A stretch of DNA of 26,075 nt, from contig JBHIDR010000007.1 in the NCBI GenBank assembly GCA_046760225.1, forward strand, positions 1-26,075, given 5' to 3'. Shown in pieces: positions 23,504 to 26,075 of the stretch (positions are counted from its first letter, which is position 1; every line of letters begins with the position of its first letter). The position numbers and the translations under genes are program-made. A model generated the notes under the pieces. It worked only from the letters and a program-made list of their open reading frames with translations. It was not told where the DNA came from and did not search any database. Source of the stretch: Candidatus Aenigmatarchaeota archaeon (lineage in GTDB: Archaea > Aenigmatarchaeota > Aenigmatarchaeia > Aenigmatarchaeales > JACQIB01).

Positions 23504-24871
23504 ATGCCAAAGCCGAAAAGAGGGCTCCACAAAACAAAAAGGAACATCCTGAGGGACGCTGCATCAGGCGGTACATTTGACGGTCTTTTCCCCAATTATG
23601 TAACCCCGTTTGCCTTAGCGCTTGGCGCAGGAAATGAGCTCATAGGAATAATAAACGCGATACCCGAGTTTGCCTCGAGGATGTTCCAGTGGTTTGAAGG
23701 TAAGTTTCTGGAAAGAATAAAGAGCAAAAGGAAAGCTGTCATGTATTTCTCTTTGTTGGCAAGATTGATGCTGCTGCCAATGATACTGATACCCTTCTTG
23801 TTCCCAAGCATAGGTATATGGATACTTATGATTTCACTTGCATTCTATGCATTCTTCAGGGGATTTGCCAGCACAGGATGGTCATCATGGGTGCCTGAGC
23901 TGATACCGGAAAAGGAGTGGGGAAGGTTCTTTGGGGACAGGAAAATGATACTTATAGCATTTTCACTTGTTGCAATGCTTTTTGCAGGGTGGTTGTTAGG
24001 GAGAATAGAGGACCCGTATGGGTTTTCAGTACTCTTTGCTCTTGCACTTATTCCTGCATTCTTGGTGTTCTATTTTCTGAGCAAGATTCCTGAACTAAAG
24101 ATTAAGCACAGATCAAAGAAGATGACATTTGTTGGCTTTGTAAAAAGCCTAAGGAAATACAAGTACTTCAAGAACTTCGTGGCATACAGGACGGGTCTGC
24201 TTTTTTCAGCATACCTCATAGGGCCGTTTATCATTGTATACATGCTCAGGGACCTTGGCATAGGATATGAGTGGTTCGCAATTGCTCTTGGGGTAAAGAT
24301 GCTTGTATCAATAATATCTCAGCCCTATTGGGGCAGAATGGCTGACAGATATGGAGACAGGACAATGATTTATATCTGCAGCACCATGGCAATAGCCCTT
24401 CCTCTTTTATGGATATTTGTAAGCGGTCCATCTGAAATAATCCTAATCATGATATTTGACGGCTTTGTGTGGGCAGGCCTTGAACTTACATGCTTCAATT
24501 ATCTGATAGAGGTAATACCACATAGCCACAAGCCAATATACATAGGAAACTACAAGATGTTTGTTGGCTTCAGCCTGATTACAGCTCCACTATTAGGCGG
24601 CTTTCTTGCAGAATGGCTCGCTACCCAGAGCTTTCTGTGGCTCACCGGGCTTCCATTGTTGTTTCTGCTGGCGTTCGTTCTAAGGGCCGTATTGACTATT
24701 CCTTTTCTTGCGAAGTTCAAAGAGGTCAGAATAAGAAAGACCCCGTCAGTAAGAAGGATATTCTGGCAGGTTGTTGCAATAAAGCCCTTCAAGGGAATCA
24801 TCCATGGAATAGAGCATGCACCGCACTATGTACACTACTACGAAAGAAAGTTTGCAAAAGTGGTGAAATAA
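23504..24871 (+). CDS. MFS transporter
   Basis: About 12 TM helices; WGRMADRYGDR motif A-like loop. Confidence 0.9.
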   Translation: MPKPKRGLHKTKRNILRDAASGGTFDGLFPNYVTPFALALGAGNELIGIINAIPEFASRMFQWFEGKFLERIKSKRKAVMYFSLLARLMLLPMILIPFLFPSIGIWILMISLAFYAFFRGFASTGWSSWVPELIPEKEWGRFFGDRKMILIAFSLVAMLFAGWLLGRIEDPYGFSVLFALALIPAFLVFYFLSKIPELKIKHRSKKMTFVGFVKSLRKYKYFKNFVAYRTGLLFSAYLIGPFIIVYMLRDLGIGYEWFAIALGVKMLVSIISQPYWGRMADRYGDRTMIYICSTMAIALPLLWIFVSGPSEIILIMIFDGFVWAGLELTCFNYLIEVIPHSHKPIYIGNYKMFVGFSLITAPLLGGFLAEWLATQSFLWLTGLPLLFLLAFVLRAVLTIPFLAKFKEVRIRKTPSVRRIFWQVVAIKPFKGIIHGIEHAPHYVHYYERKFAKVVK

Positions 24872-26005
24872 TTACCTTGCGGCTGACTGTATCTTTATTA
24901 TATCATTATTCTTTAGCTCATAGTCAGCGCCAACCCTTTTCTTTGTCCTAGCATCAACTGCACCGATAAAAGCCTTTCCTATGTCTGTGTGGACCTTGTA
25001 TGCTAGGTCGCGGGCTGTTGAGCCGGACGGCATCAAGAAAACATCAGGAAGAACCTGGCCTTTCTTGTTTGAGAACTTGCTCTCATTTTCAACAGGATAC
25101 ACAGCTATATACTTAAGGAAATCAAAAACAGCTGTGTTCAGGCATTTCTGTATTCCCGTTGAACCGAACTTTTCCAGTACTCTTTTCCTTATGAAATCAA
25201 GTGCGTTCTTCTGCTCAGCACTCAGTTCACCGCTGACATCAAAGCTATTGCTACCAGGAACATATTTTATCAGGCCTGACTTGGCTGCCTGCCTAAGTGC
25301 TATTTCTGCTTCTGCAGAGCACGGCACTATTGTCTTTTCTGGAAACTTTTCTTTCATTATCTTGTAATTTTCCCCAGAAGTCCCGATATCAATCTTGTTG
25401 GCAGCTATTATTATTGGCTTTGATAACAGCCTGAGTTCTTTTGCAAGTGTAGCAGGCTCTAGACCAACTTTTTCAATTGCCTGTTCTACATGCTTGCCTC
25501 TTATCCCAAGTCCTGCCAGTACTTCCTCTGCCCTTCCCTTGTCCTTTATCTTTGCAAGGTTCCTTTCAATAACAGACTTGAACCAGAGGTCTATTTCCTC
25601 CTCAAGGAACCTTACATCGTTTGAGGGGTCATAACCCTCGGTTGCGTTTCCTTCTGCGTCTGTTTTTCCTGATGCATCAACTATATGTATTAGTAGATCA
25701 CCTCTAATCAGGTCATTGAGGAACTTGTTTCCTTTTCCCCTTCCTGCGTGCGAGCCAGGCACAAGACCAGCAACATCAAGGAGTTCGGTCGGTATCAGCC
25801 TTGTTCCATTTATGCATTGCGAGTTCTGTGGGTTGCATTCCACTCCCAGCTCCTTGCATGGGCAAGGAGCAGTCACATAAGCTACGCCCCTGTTTGGCTC
25901 TATTGTGGTAAAGGCATATGCAGCTATCTTAACGTCTATGAGAGTAGATGCTTTGAAGAAACTGCTCTTTCCGCATGAGGGCTTGCCCACCAAACCTATT
26001 AGCAT
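24872..26005 (-). CDS. OBG-family YchF-like GTPase/ATPase with C-terminal TGS domain
   Basis: GKPSCGKS, FTTIEPN, DVAGLVPG, GNKFLND, ANKID, TGS DLAYKVHTDIG. Confidence 0.93.
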   Translation of the reverse strand: MLIGLVGKPSCGKSSFFKASTLIDVKIAAYAFTTIEPNRGVAYVTAPCPCKELGVECNPQNSQCINGTRLIPTELLDVAGLVPGSHAGRGKGNKFLNDLIRGDLLIHIVDASGKTDAEGNATEGYDPSNDVRFLEEEIDLWFKSVIERNLAKIKDKGRAEEVLAGLGIRGKHVEQAIEKVGLEPATLAKELRLLSKPIIIAANKIDIGTSGENYKIMKEKFPEKTIVPCSAEAEIALRQAAKSGLIKYVPGSNSFDVSGELSAEQKNALDFIRKRVLEKFGSTGIQKCLNTAVFDFLKYIAVYPVENESKFSNKKGQVLPDVFLMPSGSTARDLAYKVHTDIGKAFIGAVDARTKKRVGADYELKNNDIIKIQSAAR

Positions 26006-26075
26006 TAAACCAGTGTCACCTCTACTCTTTTCTTTACTGCTTCCCTGATTAAATTCTTTATGTGCCTCTCGAACC

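Overview
Archaeal genomic window. Compact operons, GGAGG/GGTGA ribosome-binding sites and gene content suggest a DPANN-type lineage such as Aenigmarchaeota; that assignment is inference. From left to right it holds a surface-protein cluster, rps24e-rps27ae-kae1, a small radC/wHTH/Zn-finger islet, metG, several orphans, sepF and a DHH protein. Next is the conserved minus-strand exosome/proteasome/RNase P superoperon (rpl15e, rnp3, rnp2, psmA, sdo1, rrp4, rrp41, rrp42, rpl37ae, rpoP, pcc1, pfdB), then nreA, a radical SAM gene, an MFS transporter and a YchF/OBG GTPase. Two things stand out. (1) kae1 looks broken in the ORF track, but it is interrupted by a 13-nt insert (4502-4514) framed by a near-canonical bulge-helix-bulge motif. 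Removing it at the canonical cut sites restores MICLGIESTAHTFGVGI..., so this is a candidate tRNA-type mRNA intron in an essential tRNA-modification gene. (2) An AT-rich ~1.7 kb element encoding a frameshifted wHTH-LAGLIDADG-wHTH homing endonuclease sits at the 3' end of rpl15e. It appears to have supplied a replacement C-terminus, leaving a probable original tail stranded at 18863-18908, and it carries a GC-rich structured leader that can mask an RBS.
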